Shown here: positions 17,232-26,835 of the stretch, one piece after another
Layout: the number at the start of each line of letters is the position of its first letter
Numbering within the stretch: position 1 is the first letter of the stretch
Source: Ignicoccus islandicus DSM 13165
GTDB lineage: Archaea > Thermoproteota > Thermoprotei_A > Sulfolobales > Ignicoccaceae
Direction of reading: 5' to 3'
DNA: 32,000 nt
Assembly (NCBI RefSeq): GCF_001481685.1
Contig: NZ_CP006867.1
Coordinates: 780,001 to 812,000 of the forward strand
Notes under the pieces: generated by a model
Database searches by the model: none
What the model was told of the DNA's origin: nothing
The model's input: only the letters and a program-made list of their open reading frames with translations
Made by a program: the position numbers and the translations under genes

Positions 17232-18563
17232 TTATTTGTTAACGTTCCTTTGTAAGAGTTTCTCGTTTACGCCATTGTACTCGTAGACGAGTTCCAGCTC
17301 GCTTAAGCTGTCCTTTAAACCGAACAACTCCGCCGTTAACCTGAGCAACTGCAAATCGCCTTTTAGCGATGCTTCCTTGACCCTCAATATAGTGTCCTTC
17401 AATATTTTCTTTACCATTGACTTACTCATTTTCTCTAAGATTGGCCAATACTCCTTGGGCACCTTGCTCTTCGCCCTCTCCACTTCGTTTAGCCTAATTT
17501 GCTCGGCCCTCTCCATTAGCTCCTTCAGTATTTTATCACCTAGGAGTTTCTGGCTTAGATCCATTAGCTTGTTGAGTTCTTCCTCGATTATAGACTCTGC
17601 CTTAGAAACTTCTTTCAATCTCTCGTTAGCGTTCCTATTGGCTACCTCCGCTACTGCGTACATGTCTTTCAAAGTTACGAGTGGGTGTTTGGCTACTTCC
17701 GGGGAAACGCTCGGAGGCTCGCCTATGTCTATTATAAGTAGAGGTTTCCTTAGGTTACGTACAGTTGAGCTATCAATAACCGTTACTGAAACTGCCGAGA
17801 TAACTGCGTCTACTTCGTTAAGTAGTTCAGGCACTTTAGATAACGGGAAGGCTTTCCCGCCAACCTCTTTAGCTAGTAACTCCGCTTTCTCCAGCGTTCT
17901 GTTAGCTATCCAAATTTCGACTCCTTTCTCCTTTTTGTGTAAGTTCTTAGCTATTATCTCGCCGGCCATCCCCGCGCCTATTACTAGTACCTTCTTACCG
18001 CTCAAGTCGCCCATTAATTCCTTTAATAGAGCAACAGAGGCGGAAGGGATCCCTATGTTGCCTTTGCCTAAGTCCGTTTCCCTCCTAACCCTCTTTCCTA
18101 CCTTAACTGCTTCCTCGAAGAGCTGTCTCAACCCCTTATCTATGTAACCTTTCTTGGCGGAATACTCCATGGCTTCTCTGACTTGCCTCAAGATATCGCC
18201 TTCGCCTAAAACCAATGATTCCAAGCCGGACGCGACTCTGAACAGGTGCCTCGCTACGTCTATACCTATTTTAACGTCGAACTTCTCCTCTGGTATCGGT
18301 CTCCCGACCCTAGCTTCAATTATGCTTTTTATGGATTCGATGGTAGCGCCCTTGTTAGTTGTAGTAACGTAAACTTCGAACCTATTGCAAGTTTGAAGTA
18401 TGACCACGCCCCTAACGGCCGGTACCCGTAGTATTGAAGAATAAGCAGCATCTATTTGCGGGAAAGCGGAGCTCTCCACTAGCTCCTTCCCGCTCTTCTT
18501 TAGGTTAACGCCCACCATCACTAGATCGTCAAGGAACGTGGGTGACCTATAGGAGGCCGGCAT
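17232..18563 (-). CDS. hemA: glutamyl-tRNA reductase
   Basis: 443 aa. Catalytic LQTCNRFEVY motif, NADPH-binding VLVIGAGMAGE and a long helical dimerisation C-terminus. Confidence 0.9.
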   Translation of the reverse strand: MPASYRSPTFLDDLVMVGVNLKKSGKELVESSAFPQIDAAYSSILRVPAVRGVVILQTCNRFEVYVTTTNKGATIESIKSIIEARVGRPIPEEKFDVKIGIDVARHLFRVASGLESLVLGEGDILRQVREAMEYSAKKGYIDKGLRQLFEEAVKVGKRVRRETDLGKGNIGIPSASVALLKELMGDLSGKKVLVIGAGMAGEIIAKNLHKKEKGVEIWIANRTLEKAELLAKEVGGKAFPLSKVPELLNEVDAVISAVSVTVIDSSTVRNLRKPLLIIDIGEPPSVSPEVAKHPLVTLKDMYAVAEVANRNANERLKEVSKAESIIEEELNKLMDLSQKLLGDKILKELMERAEQIRLNEVERAKSKVPKEYWPILEKMSKSMVKKILKDTILRVKEASLKGDLQLLRLTAELFGLKDSLSELELVYEYNGVNEKLLQRNVNK

Positions 18564-18608
18564 GGCGTAAACCTCACTTAATTATCGATCTTCATTAGGG
18601 CAAAGTAC

Positions 18609-18616
18609 TTTATATA
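18609..18616 (+). promoter_or_regulatory. candidate TATA box
   Basis: TTTATATA lies about 34 nt upstream of the small-ORF ATG at 18647. It is also about 50 nt upstream of the divergent hemA start, so the direction is ambiguous. Confidence 0.3.
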
Positions 18617-18646
18617 GATTAGTTGTAAGACTTGAGGGCGAGGGGA

Positions 18647-18757
18647 ATGGATTTCATTCAATGGCTTCAATCGAATCCGACCATATTTGCTCTTTTAGTT
18701 TTGACGGCGTTAGCGAATCTAGCGTTAATAATTGCCCTTTTTATGGGAATAAAATAA
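18647..18757 (+). CDS. possible 36-aa single-TM micro-protein
   Basis: [36 protein letters not shown]. It has an ATG start and a TATA-like element at the leaderless distance. It is below the track threshold and has no homology support. Confidence 0.25.
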   Translation: MDFIQWLQSNPTIFALLVLTALANLALIIALFMGIK

Positions 18758-18806
18758 GGTACCCCTTTTTAATCCCTTTCAAGTTCACGGGAACGGTAGA
18801 CTGAAG

Positions 18807-21026
18807 ATGCCGAAATATAAGCACGTAGAGGACATCCTAAAAATAATGAGAAATATAGAGCAAGTGAGGAACATAGGTATCATTGCTCACGTAGACCACG
18901 GTAAGACCACAACTAGCGACGCCTTGTTGGCGCACGCCGGAATCTTGAGTCCTAAGTTGGCTGGCGAAGCTAGGGCTTTGGACTATTTGGATGTAGAGCA
19001 ACAGAGAGGTATCACAGTAAAGGCAGCGAACGTCAGCCTCTACCACGAATACAAAGGCAAGCCCTACGTAATTAACTTGATCGACACTCCCGGCCACGTC
19101 GACTTCAGCGGTAAGGTAACTAGGAGCTTGAGAGTGTTAGACGGAGCGATACTTGTAGTCGATGCTGTAGAGGGAGTAATGACCCAGACCGAGACCGTGC
19201 TCAGGCAAGCGTTGGAGGAGTACGTTAGGCCTCTCTTGTTCATAAACAAAGTCGATAGGCTAATAAAGGAGCTCAAGCTCTCTCCGCAAGAGGTTCAACA
19301 AAGAATAGTTCAGATAATAAAGGAAGTAAATGAGAGGATACTCACCTTCGCACCAGATAAGGACTTCGCCAAGAAGTGGTTATTGGATCCGGCTAAGGGT
19401 CACGTTGCCTTAGGTAGCGCTAAGGACAAGTGGGGTATTACAATACCAATGGCTCAAGAAAAGGGTATAAAGTTCAGCTTCTTCGTTGACGCTTACAAGA
19501 CCGGCAACAAGGAGGCAATCGAAGAGCTATTTAGGAAAGCGCCCCTCCACGAGACCCTTCTAGACATGGTAGTTAGATGGGTACCCAACCCAAGGGAAGC
19601 CCAGCAATACAGGGTGCCCAGACTCTGGAAGGGTGACATTAACAGCGAATTGGGTAAGGCTATGGTAAATGCTGACCCTGAGGGACCTTTAGTCGTGTTC
19701 ATCAACGACATGAGGTTAGACCCACACACTAAGAGGCTGGTAGCTACCGGAAGGGTCTGGGCCGGTACTGCCACTGCTGGCAAGGAAGTATGGTTAGTTA
19801 ACGCCGGCAAGGAAGGCAAGATACTCCAAGTATCCATCTACATGGGACCCGATAGAGAGATTGTCGACTACGTTACAGCTGGTAACATAGTGGCCATGAT
19901 GGGTTTGGATGACGCTAGGGCAGGCGAAACTATAGTTGATATCAACTATAAGGACCAAGCGGCGCCGTTCGAACAGTTGCACTACGTTAGCGAGCCCGTA
20001 GTAACAGTTGCAATAGAGCCGAAGAACCCCAGGGACTTACCTAAGCTAATTGAGGCATTGAGAACCCTAAGCATCGAGGACCCCAACTTGAAGGTTACCA
20101 TAAACCAAGAGACCGGTGAGTACTTGCTCAGCGGTATGGGTATGCTTCACATCGAAATTGCGTTAACTCAATTGAAGGAAGTATATGGATTGGACGTCAA
20201 GGTCAGTCCACCGATAATCACATACCGTGAAACCGTCAGGAGCGCTGGTCCGAAGGTAGAGGGTAAGAGTCCCAACAAGCACAACAAGCTCTACATTACC
20301 GTTGAGCCGCTCGAGGAAGTGGTGATCGAACTAATTCAGAAGGGAGAGATAACCGAGGACCAAGATCCTAGGGATAGAGCCAAGATCCTAAGAGAGAAGG
20401 CGGGATGGGACACCGAGACCGCCAGGAGGATCTGGGCAATCGATGAGAACTACAACGTATTCATTGACAAGACTGTCGGTGTGCAACACTTGAGAGAAGT
20501 TAAGGACACTATATTGGGCGGTTGGAGGATCGCTATGAAAGAAGGCCCTCTAGCGAAGGAGCCCATTAGAGGAGTTAAAGTAATATTATGGGACGCGATA
20601 ATTCACGAGGACCCGGCCCACAGAGGTCCGGCCCAGCTATATCCAGCCGTTAGGAACGCCGTCTACGCTAGCATGCTCTTGGACAGGCCGACCCTATTGG
20701 AACCCCTGCAGAAACTCGACATAAGAGTTCCTAGCGACATGATAGGCTCAGTAACTGGCGTCATTAGCAAACACAGGGGCAAGATATTGGACATAATAGA
20801 CATGGGAGGTCAAGCCAGAGTGATAGCAGTGGTACCAATCGCGGAGAGCTTCGACCTACCTATGGAACTAAGGAGCGTTACAGCCGGAAGGGCGTTCTGG
20901 GGAACTGAGTTCTACGGATGGGCGCCCGTACCCGACCAATTGCTACCGGAGTTAGTAGCAAAGATAAGGCAGAGGAAGGGACTACCGCCTAACCCACCTA
21001 AGCCCGAAGACTTCCTAGGTCCGTAA
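18807..21026 (+). CDS. fusA: translation elongation factor 2 (aEF-2)
   Basis: 739 aa. G-domain [17 protein letters not shown] and NKVDR are present. The diphthamide-region motif HEDPAHRG is near the C-terminus. Confidence 0.97.
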   Translation: MPKYKHVEDILKIMRNIEQVRNIGIIAHVDHGKTTTSDALLAHAGILSPKLAGEARALDYLDVEQQRGITVKAANVSLYHEYKGKPYVINLIDTPGHVDFSGKVTRSLRVLDGAILVVDAVEGVMTQTETVLRQALEEYVRPLLFINKVDRLIKELKLSPQEVQQRIVQIIKEVNERILTFAPDKDFAKKWLLDPAKGHVALGSAKDKWGITIPMAQEKGIKFSFFVDAYKTGNKEAIEELFRKAPLHETLLDMVVRWVPNPREAQQYRVPRLWKGDINSELGKAMVNADPEGPLVVFINDMRLDPHTKRLVATGRVWAGTATAGKEVWLVNAGKEGKILQVSIYMGPDREIVDYVTAGNIVAMMGLDDARAGETIVDINYKDQAAPFEQLHYVSEPVVTVAIEPKNPRDLPKLIEALRTLSIEDPNLKVTINQETGEYLLSGMGMLHIEIALTQLKEVYGLDVKVSPPIITYRETVRSAGPKVEGKSPNKHNKLYITVEPLEEVVIELIQKGEITEDQDPRDRAKILREKAGWDTETARRIWAIDENYNVFIDKTVGVQHLREVKDTILGGWRIAMKEGPLAKEPIRGVKVILWDAIIHEDPAHRGPAQLYPAVRNAVYASMLLDRPTLLEPLQKLDIRVPSDMIGSVTGVISKHRGKILDIIDMGGQARVIAVVPIAESFDLPMELRSVTAGRAFWGTEFYGWAPVPDQLLPELVAKIRQRKGLPPNPPKPEDFLGP

Positions 21027-21089
21027 TTTTCCGATGAGCAAACCTCCGATAGGCTGATCGAATGAGGAAACTCCCATGGAGCGAGGTTT

Positions 21090-22487
21090 TTAATAACCTG
21101 ATAGAACTCTTGGCACTTCTTCTATCAGACAAGAAGGCGATGAGTGTCCCCTCTCCTTTACACATTTCTCTCCCGCGAGAGTGACCGCTAAGGTCGCTGC
21201 CTTTGCGGCCCACCACGGCTCGTCCCTTCCCAATAAGGCGCCTACCACGCCACTCAAAACGTCCCCGGTACCTCCTACGGTCATATACGCGTTGCCCCTA
21301 TCGTTAAGTACAGTTCTCCCATTGCAGTAAACTACGTCTGTTTCTCCTTTTAGGATTACGCACGCTTCGTACTTATTCCCTATTTCCCCGGCGGCTTCGA
21401 TTCTCGATTGTAAGTCATCGCTTACTTCCCTTCCAAGCAACCTCGAGGCCTCCCCTAAATGAGGAGTCAACACGGCTCTCCACGAGAACTTAACGTCTAA
21501 TTCAGCCAATGCCTTCAATCCATCTGCGTCTATAACTACGCGCGCTTCCTTGCGTTCTTCAATGTATTTGAGAACGACCTTCACGACTTCTTTGGAAGTA
21601 GCGTGTAATCCCGGGCCTACTACTATTACGTTGACCCCATCTCTGTATAAACCCTCCAATAGATCGCTTGGGTTTAAGCTTCTCCAAATAAGTTCCGGAT
21701 AATCCATTCTATTAGGCGTATAGACGAAGACTAAGTCGGCCCCCGCTCTGAACGCCGCCAACGCGGAGAGCCATGGAGCGCCTTGGTACTTTTCAGACCC
21801 ACCTATTACGGCGACCTTGCCGTTCAATCCCTTCCTCTTCCTTCTCGGGGCGAGTTCCAAGTCGCCTTTTCCCAAATACCTCTCGGCCCTTCGAGGGATT
21901 CCTATTTCCACTACCTTGACCTTACTCATTATCTCCTTCAAACCCTTCTTAGCTCTGTGTACCGAAACCACTAGATCTGCGTTGAAACACAGCTCGCACT
22001 CCCCCGTATCTGGGTTCATTCCCGAAGGAACGTCTATCGATATTTTGTACGCGCTAGTTCCGTTAGCCCACTCTATTAGTTCCCTAGCTATGCCTCTCGG
22101 AGCTCCCTTGACGCCAGTGCCGAGTAGAGCGTCAATTATTACTTCAGCCTCAAATGGTTCTCTAACGAACTGAACGTCGCTCATTCTAGCCCGAATTAGG
22201 TTCTTTAATGTACTTTCTTTCGTAACTTCGCATTCTTTATAGGGAAATAATACTTTAACGTCCTTTCCCATCAACGCTAAGTGTCTCGCGGCAACTAGCC
22301 CGTCTCCGCCTTTCCCGCCCTTTCCCGCTAGTATTAAGAAAGAGTTCCCCTTTTCCGATGCTATTTTAGCTACCCATGCGCCAGCGTTCTCCATCATTAG
22401 CTCCTCAGTGAAACCGAGCTCCTCGGCGTTCAGCTCAATTGCCCTCATTTCCCTTACATCTAAGAATTCGCCCCTCCAAGAGCCCAA
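21090..22487 (-). CDS. nnr: bifunctional NAD(P)H-hydrate repair enzyme (YjeF-N epimerase / YjeF-C ADP-dependent dehydratase)
   Basis: 465 aa. MENAGAWVA...GKGGKGGDGLVAARHL in the N-domain; GGTGDVLSGVVGALL in the C-domain. The start may be the internal Met at 22448. Confidence 0.9.
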   Translation of the reverse strand: MGSWRGEFLDVREMRAIELNAEELGFTEELMMENAGAWVAKIASEKGNSFLILAGKGGKGGDGLVAARHLALMGKDVKVLFPYKECEVTKESTLKNLIRARMSDVQFVREPFEAEVIIDALLGTGVKGAPRGIARELIEWANGTSAYKISIDVPSGMNPDTGECELCFNADLVVSVHRAKKGLKEIMSKVKVVEIGIPRRAERYLGKGDLELAPRRKRKGLNGKVAVIGGSEKYQGAPWLSALAAFRAGADLVFVYTPNRMDYPELIWRSLNPSDLLEGLYRDGVNVIVVGPGLHATSKEVVKVVLKYIEERKEARVVIDADGLKALAELDVKFSWRAVLTPHLGEASRLLGREVSDDLQSRIEAAGEIGNKYEACVILKGETDVVYCNGRTVLNDRGNAYMTVGGTGDVLSGVVGALLGRDEPWWAAKAATLAVTLAGEKCVKERGHSSPSCLIEEVPRVLSGY

Positions 22488-23613
22488 GGAAGAAGCGCCT
22501 CCAAGGGAATCCCTGAGGTAGGGTGAGTAAAAGCAGTAACGAGAACCAGTCTAATTTCTCTTTTACATCGATGTTCGATAGAGCTCTCAAGATGGTTCTC
22601 AAAGAATAAAGGTTCGCCAAGTATACTTCGTCCTTGCTTAACTTATAGCAGTACTTATCCAAACATAATTCCTTGTTATTCTCCTTGTTAGGATACCCGC
22701 AAGTCGTTCTGGGTTCGAGTAATCTCTTGAAGTACTCGATTAAGAACGCTACGTGATTACTGTTGTTTGGATCCAATTTAAGGATGGATAGTGGAATAAC
22801 GACTGTCATCCCTAAAAGGACCTTCAACGCTTCCTCGTTAATTTCCCGTACGAAGACCACCACTTCCAAGGTCTCTCTATCGCGGGTAAAGACTAGAGGT
22901 AGCACCGGTATGGCGGCGTTTCTAGGACTTGGCGATTTATTGGAGCTATTGTCAAATACGTTGATTATTCTAACTCGAGTGCCCTTCATTGATGCTAACG
23001 GTTTAATGCCGTACTTCTTCGCTAAACGTATCGCTAAGTTAGACGAAGACTTAATCGAATGCCTGGAAACGTTCTCAGTTAAGTAGAAAACGACCTTGTT
23101 CTCAGCTATCCCTTCTAGGCGGAAAACCTCTATAGGGGAAGGTATCTCGGTTGCATATATCTGATTGAGCGTGTTGGTGAAGTGAATCTCAGAGACCTCG
23201 TCTAACTCAACTAACGCTTGCGTAAAGTAGTTTTCGGGAGAGCCTTCAATCGTTTCTTTGATAAGGTCAAGGTGAGGTACTTTTTCTATTACTTCGGTTA
23301 TTATTTTACTCACGTTTTTGAATAGCTTTTTTAACTTCTTGATCTCGCGTCTATTGCCCTTCCTCCGGGGACCGAGGTCCTCAAGGTACGGGCTATCGCT
23401 CTCAATTTCGCTACTCCCCATTATATCGCCTAGAATGGTAGTATCTAGATTGTCTAGAACGAACTTAATTTCGGGGTCATTATTTAGACTGGAATGAAAG
23501 TAGTTTACGAGTGCTATATTTACATGAGAAATTGTGATGGGGATGAAGTGAAGTGGTTTAGTTTCTTGACGAGGACTAGTAACGACCTCTCTGTCCCGAT
23601 CATAAACGTACAA
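22435..23613 (-). CDS. hypothetical protein, no recognisable motif
   Basis: 392-aa ORF with a basic patch (GPRRKGNRREIKKLKKLFK). It is preceded by a 311-nt AT-rich non-coding region. Its 3' end overlaps nnr. Confidence 0.55.
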   Translation of the reverse strand: MYVYDRDREVVTSPRQETKPLHFIPITISHVNIALVNYFHSSLNNDPEIKFVLDNLDTTILGDIMGSSEIESDSPYLEDLGPRRKGNRREIKKLKKLFKNVSKIITEVIEKVPHLDLIKETIEGSPENYFTQALVELDEVSEIHFTNTLNQIYATEIPSPIEVFRLEGIAENKVVFYLTENVSRHSIKSSSNLAIRLAKKYGIKPLASMKGTRVRIINVFDNSSNKSPSPRNAAIPVLPLVFTRDRETLEVVVFVREINEEALKVLLGMTVVIPLSILKLDPNNSNHVAFLIEYFKRLLEPRTTCGYPNKENNKELCLDKYCYKLSKDEVYLANLYSLRTILRALSNIDVKEKLDWFSLLLLLTLPQGFPWRRFFLGLLEGRILRCKGNEGN

Positions 23614-23924
23614 CTCAAATCAACCAACCTATCAGTATTACCTAATGTCTATTTCATTATAGCGTTAGGATGCTAAATGTTTGGAAAGATAGTCTTTTCA
23701 ATGCGCTCTTCTCTACCTATACCTCGGTCATTTCTATTGTGATATAATATTAAAGTTAAACGTCATTTCCTACTGAGGGCATTCAACTCCGAGTTCTCCA
23801 TTCATATAACAATTCACAGAAATAGAGAAAAAGGTGCAAGAAAAGTTAGAATTTCTAACACATCATAATTAACTTGCATCAGTTATTACTCGGTAATCAA
23901 GACCGATTAAGGAGAGAAACGAAA

Positions 23925-25961
23925 TCACTCGCCCTTGAAGTTCGGCTTCCGCTTCTCCAAGAAGGCCGTTATTCCCTCCCTAGCGTCTTGTGTCGAGAGG
24001 ACCCTAGCGAACGCCTCCGCTTCCAGCTTCAAACCTTCTTTCAAGGGAACTTCCAGCGACGCTCTAACTGCTTCCTTAGCAGCGGCTAGCGCTATTGGGG
24101 GTTTAGAGGCTAGCTTGCTGGCAACGAGCCTTATTTCCGCATCGGCTACCCTTTTAGGTACTACCCAGTTAACTAAACCCCATTCCTTAGCAGTCCTAGC
24201 GTCTATCATGTCTCCTAGTAGTATCATTTCCATAGCCCTTCCCAGTCCTACGTACCTAGGCAACCTCTGGGTGCCGCCACCGCCGGGGATTATTCCCACG
24301 TTTATCTCCGGTTGGCCTAGCAACGCGTCTTCCGTTGCCAACCTCAAGTCGGCCATCATCGCTACCTCGAGACCTCCGCCTAACGCGTAACCTCTTATGA
24401 AAGCAATTACCGGTTTAGAGCAGTTCTCAACGCTTTCTCCTAATTGGATGAAGGGCCCAGCGACCTCAATTGGAGCTCTCTTAGGCTCCACCTTGCTCAT
24501 GTAAGTTAAATCGAATCCAGCGCTAAACACGTCTTCTCCAGTAAGTATAACTACCTTAACCTTCTCGTCGTTGCAAGCTTCCTCCATTGCCTCCTTCGCT
24601 TTTAAGAGTAATTGAGGCGTTAACGCGTTTCTCTGTTTGGGTCTATTAAAGACTATCCATAAAGTTTCCCCTTCCCTTCTTACCTTTATCTCGCCTCTGT
24701 CCTCTTCCTTTAGTTCATATTTATAGAATCCTTCCCCGCTCTTCACTCCTAACTTGTTCTCCTTAACCATTCTAACTAAGAGGTTATTGGGTTTGTAATC
24801 GTCTGCAAGAGACGTTTTCTCTTGAAGAGATTGAAGGACGTTATCTAATCCTAGGAAGTCGCCTAGCTTCAATATTCCCATAGGTAGATTTAGACCGAGA
24901 ACGGTGGCCTGATCCACGTCCTCTACGCCAGCTACCTCGTTCTCAACTAACCATACGCCCTCGTTAATCGCGCTATCTATCAGGTAGACGTAATCTACGC
25001 CCTCTGCGGCTGAAGCTGGAATTGAAGGCTTCTTGTACTTGCCGGGAGCGGGATACTTATAGAATCCTTCCCCGCTCTTCACTCCTAACTTGTTCTCCTT
25101 AACCATCTGCTCGAACTTAGGGCATATTGTTAAGTTCATACCCCTTTCCTTCATTGCTTTCATTAAGTGATAGAGTACGTCTAACCCAACGTAATCCGCT
25201 AATTCGAAGGCTCCCATAGGGAAGTTCAGCTTATACCTAAAGGCCGCGTCTACTTGCTCCATAGTATAGAGGCCCCTCTCGACGGCCCAACAGCCTTCGT
25301 TTAGGAAGCGGGCCATTACTCTGTTAACTATGAAACCGGGTACGTCCTTCTTAACTACTATTGGTACCTTCCCCATTTTCTTGGCTAGCTCCACTATTAC
25401 GTTCACGGTCTCGTCGCTCGTTTTCTCGCCTTTTATCACTTCTACGAGTTTCAGTATTACTGGAGGGTTGAAGAAGTGCATTCCAGCTACCTTCTCCGGT
25501 CTCTGGGTGGCCTTAGCTATCTCCGTAATTGGAATAGAAGAAGTGTTCGATGTTAATATTGCGTGCTTAGGGGCGTATTTATCTATGGTTCTAAAGATTG
25601 ATTGCTTTAATTCGAGTATCTCGGGCACGGCCTCTATCATGAAATCGATGTCCTTAGCCGCCTTAGCGTAGCTCTCCTCGTCTTCCGGGTTAGCTACCAT
25701 AGTTTCGATTCTACTCAATACTACCTCTGGGCTCTCCTTCAATTTGCCCTTAGCTTGGAGCTTTTCCAAGCTCTCCCTTATTCTACTGAGGGCCCTCTCT
25801 AGGAATTCCTCCTTTATATCTATCAACCTTACGTTAAAGCCGCTCATTGCAGCTACTTGAGCTATACCGTGACCCATTACGCCCGCTCCAACTACCAATA
25901 TCCTCTTGACTTCCATTGGATCGTACCCGTTTTCCAGAGATGTATAGGGAGTATATATCAC
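23925..25961 (-). CDS. fused 3-hydroxyacyl-CoA dehydrogenase / enoyl-CoA hydratase (crotonyl-CoA hydratase/(S)-3-hydroxybutyryl-CoA dehydrogenase type)
   Basis: 678 aa. N-terminal Rossmann ILVVGAGVMGHGIAQ, two 3HCDH C-terminal repeats (KLGVKSGEGFYKY twice), and a C-terminal crotonase fold (FSAGFDL, GGGLEVAMMADLRLA). The dehydrogenase-first order is the one known from archaeal 4-hydroxybutyrate cycles. GTG start. Confidence 0.9.
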   Translation of the reverse strand: MIYTPYTSLENGYDPMEVKRILVVGAGVMGHGIAQVAAMSGFNVRLIDIKEEFLERALSRIRESLEKLQAKGKLKESPEVVLSRIETMVANPEDEESYAKAAKDIDFMIEAVPEILELKQSIFRTIDKYAPKHAILTSNTSSIPITEIAKATQRPEKVAGMHFFNPPVILKLVEVIKGEKTSDETVNVIVELAKKMGKVPIVVKKDVPGFIVNRVMARFLNEGCWAVERGLYTMEQVDAAFRYKLNFPMGAFELADYVGLDVLYHLMKAMKERGMNLTICPKFEQMVKENKLGVKSGEGFYKYPAPGKYKKPSIPASAAEGVDYVYLIDSAINEGVWLVENEVAGVEDVDQATVLGLNLPMGILKLGDFLGLDNVLQSLQEKTSLADDYKPNNLLVRMVKENKLGVKSGEGFYKYELKEEDRGEIKVRREGETLWIVFNRPKQRNALTPQLLLKAKEAMEEACNDEKVKVVILTGEDVFSAGFDLTYMSKVEPKRAPIEVAGPFIQLGESVENCSKPVIAFIRGYALGGGLEVAMMADLRLATEDALLGQPEINVGIIPGGGGTQRLPRYVGLGRAMEMILLGDMIDARTAKEWGLVNWVVPKRVADAEIRLVASKLASKPPIALAAAKEAVRASLEVPLKEGLKLEAEAFARVLSTQDAREGITAFLEKRKPNFKGE

Positions 25962-26770
25962 TATTTATGAAAGAGGACGGAAAGTATTGCGAAGGGGAAT
26001 ATCCATAGCACGGTCAAAGTAATTACTGCTTGAGTAGTTAACGTGACGTCGTAACCATATACCATCGCTAGAGCTATGTTCATAAAGGCGGGAGGCATTG
26101 AGGACTCTATTAGAAGCGTCAAGTCCTTGCTCATCAAGAAAATCGGTAAGGTTAGGAGCGGTAAAGCCACGTGTTTCAGAAGCCCTATTAGCATTACGTC
26201 TTTGCTCAATCTCACTACTTCGCGATTGAAGTTCAAGCCCAGGAGCAAAAGCCCCAGTTTAGAGAGCTCTGCTCCAATCCTCTTCGTCCACTCTATTGAT
26301 TCCAGCGATATATTGGAGGTAGATAATAGAAGGCCTAAGAGGAACGTTACAGTAAACGGTTGTATCCTAGCCTTGCCTTCTTTACAAGATATTATAGCTG
26401 CTAACGTGTAGTGAATGAAAGTAGTTACCATTGCGTAAACTAACGCGCTATCAACGGAACCTCCTAACGCTAAAGTAGCGGGTATTCCGAGAAATATCGT
26501 GTTGCCGAAAGCGGAAGTAATTGCGAAAGCCCCCCTCTTTGGGCAGTCGTCCCTGAAGAGGACAATTGGTATGAAAGCTACTAAAAGGGCAAGGCTAGGA
26601 GCCAGCACTGAGTGAAGTTGAGCCTTCAGCTCAACTCCGGCCCAAAACCCTAGGATCGGTGCATCTATATAAACTAGAAAGATGGATAAGTGTTTTGAAT
26701 ACTTCCTAAATCTAGTAGCTCCTAGGGGAAATCCTAGAGCTATTAATGCTAGCGACCAAACGTCTACCAC
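25961..26770 (-). CDS. AEC-family (auxin efflux carrier-like) membrane transporter
   Basis: Polytopic, with SAFGNTIFLGIPA typical of the AEC family. The maximal ORF reaches 26947, but that part overlaps the phoU-like gene and is non-hydrophobic. The GTG at 26770 (VVDVWSLALIALG...) is the likely start. Confidence 0.7.
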   Translation of the reverse strand: MVDVWSLALIALGFPLGATRFRKYSKHLSIFLVYIDAPILGFWAGVELKAQLHSVLAPSLALLVAFIPIVLFRDDCPKRGAFAITSAFGNTIFLGIPATLALGGSVDSALVYAMVTTFIHYTLAAIISCKEGKARIQPFTVTFLLGLLLSTSNISLESIEWTKRIGAELSKLGLLLLGLNFNREVVRLSKDVMLIGLLKHVALPLLTLPIFLMSKDLTLLIESSMPPAFMNIALAMVYGYDVTLTTQAVITLTVLWIFPFAILSVLFHK

Positions 26771-26835
26771 TACTTTCCGACCGATGATGTGAGTTTCAAG
26801 GGCTGATAAATGATGTGCCCGCGCAGGGCTGAAGG

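Noticed and set aside
17377-18147. 256-aa plus-strand ORF antisense to hemA
   Set aside because: Low-complexity Ser/Leu/Phe-rich shadow ORF. hemA on the opposite strand has clear catalytic motifs.
21027-21089. Possible box C/D sRNA between aEF-2 and nnr (CGATGAG ... CTGA ... ATGAGG)
   Set aside because: The C and C' boxes are imperfect, the guide spacing is off (about 15 nt), and no terminal D box (CUGA) is present. The opposite strand has no UGAUGA.
22435-23924. Integrated virus or mobile element carrying the motif-less 392-aa ORF
   Set aside because: I saw no integrase, transposase, flanking direct repeats or tRNA target. Only mild AT enrichment is present, which is insufficient evidence.
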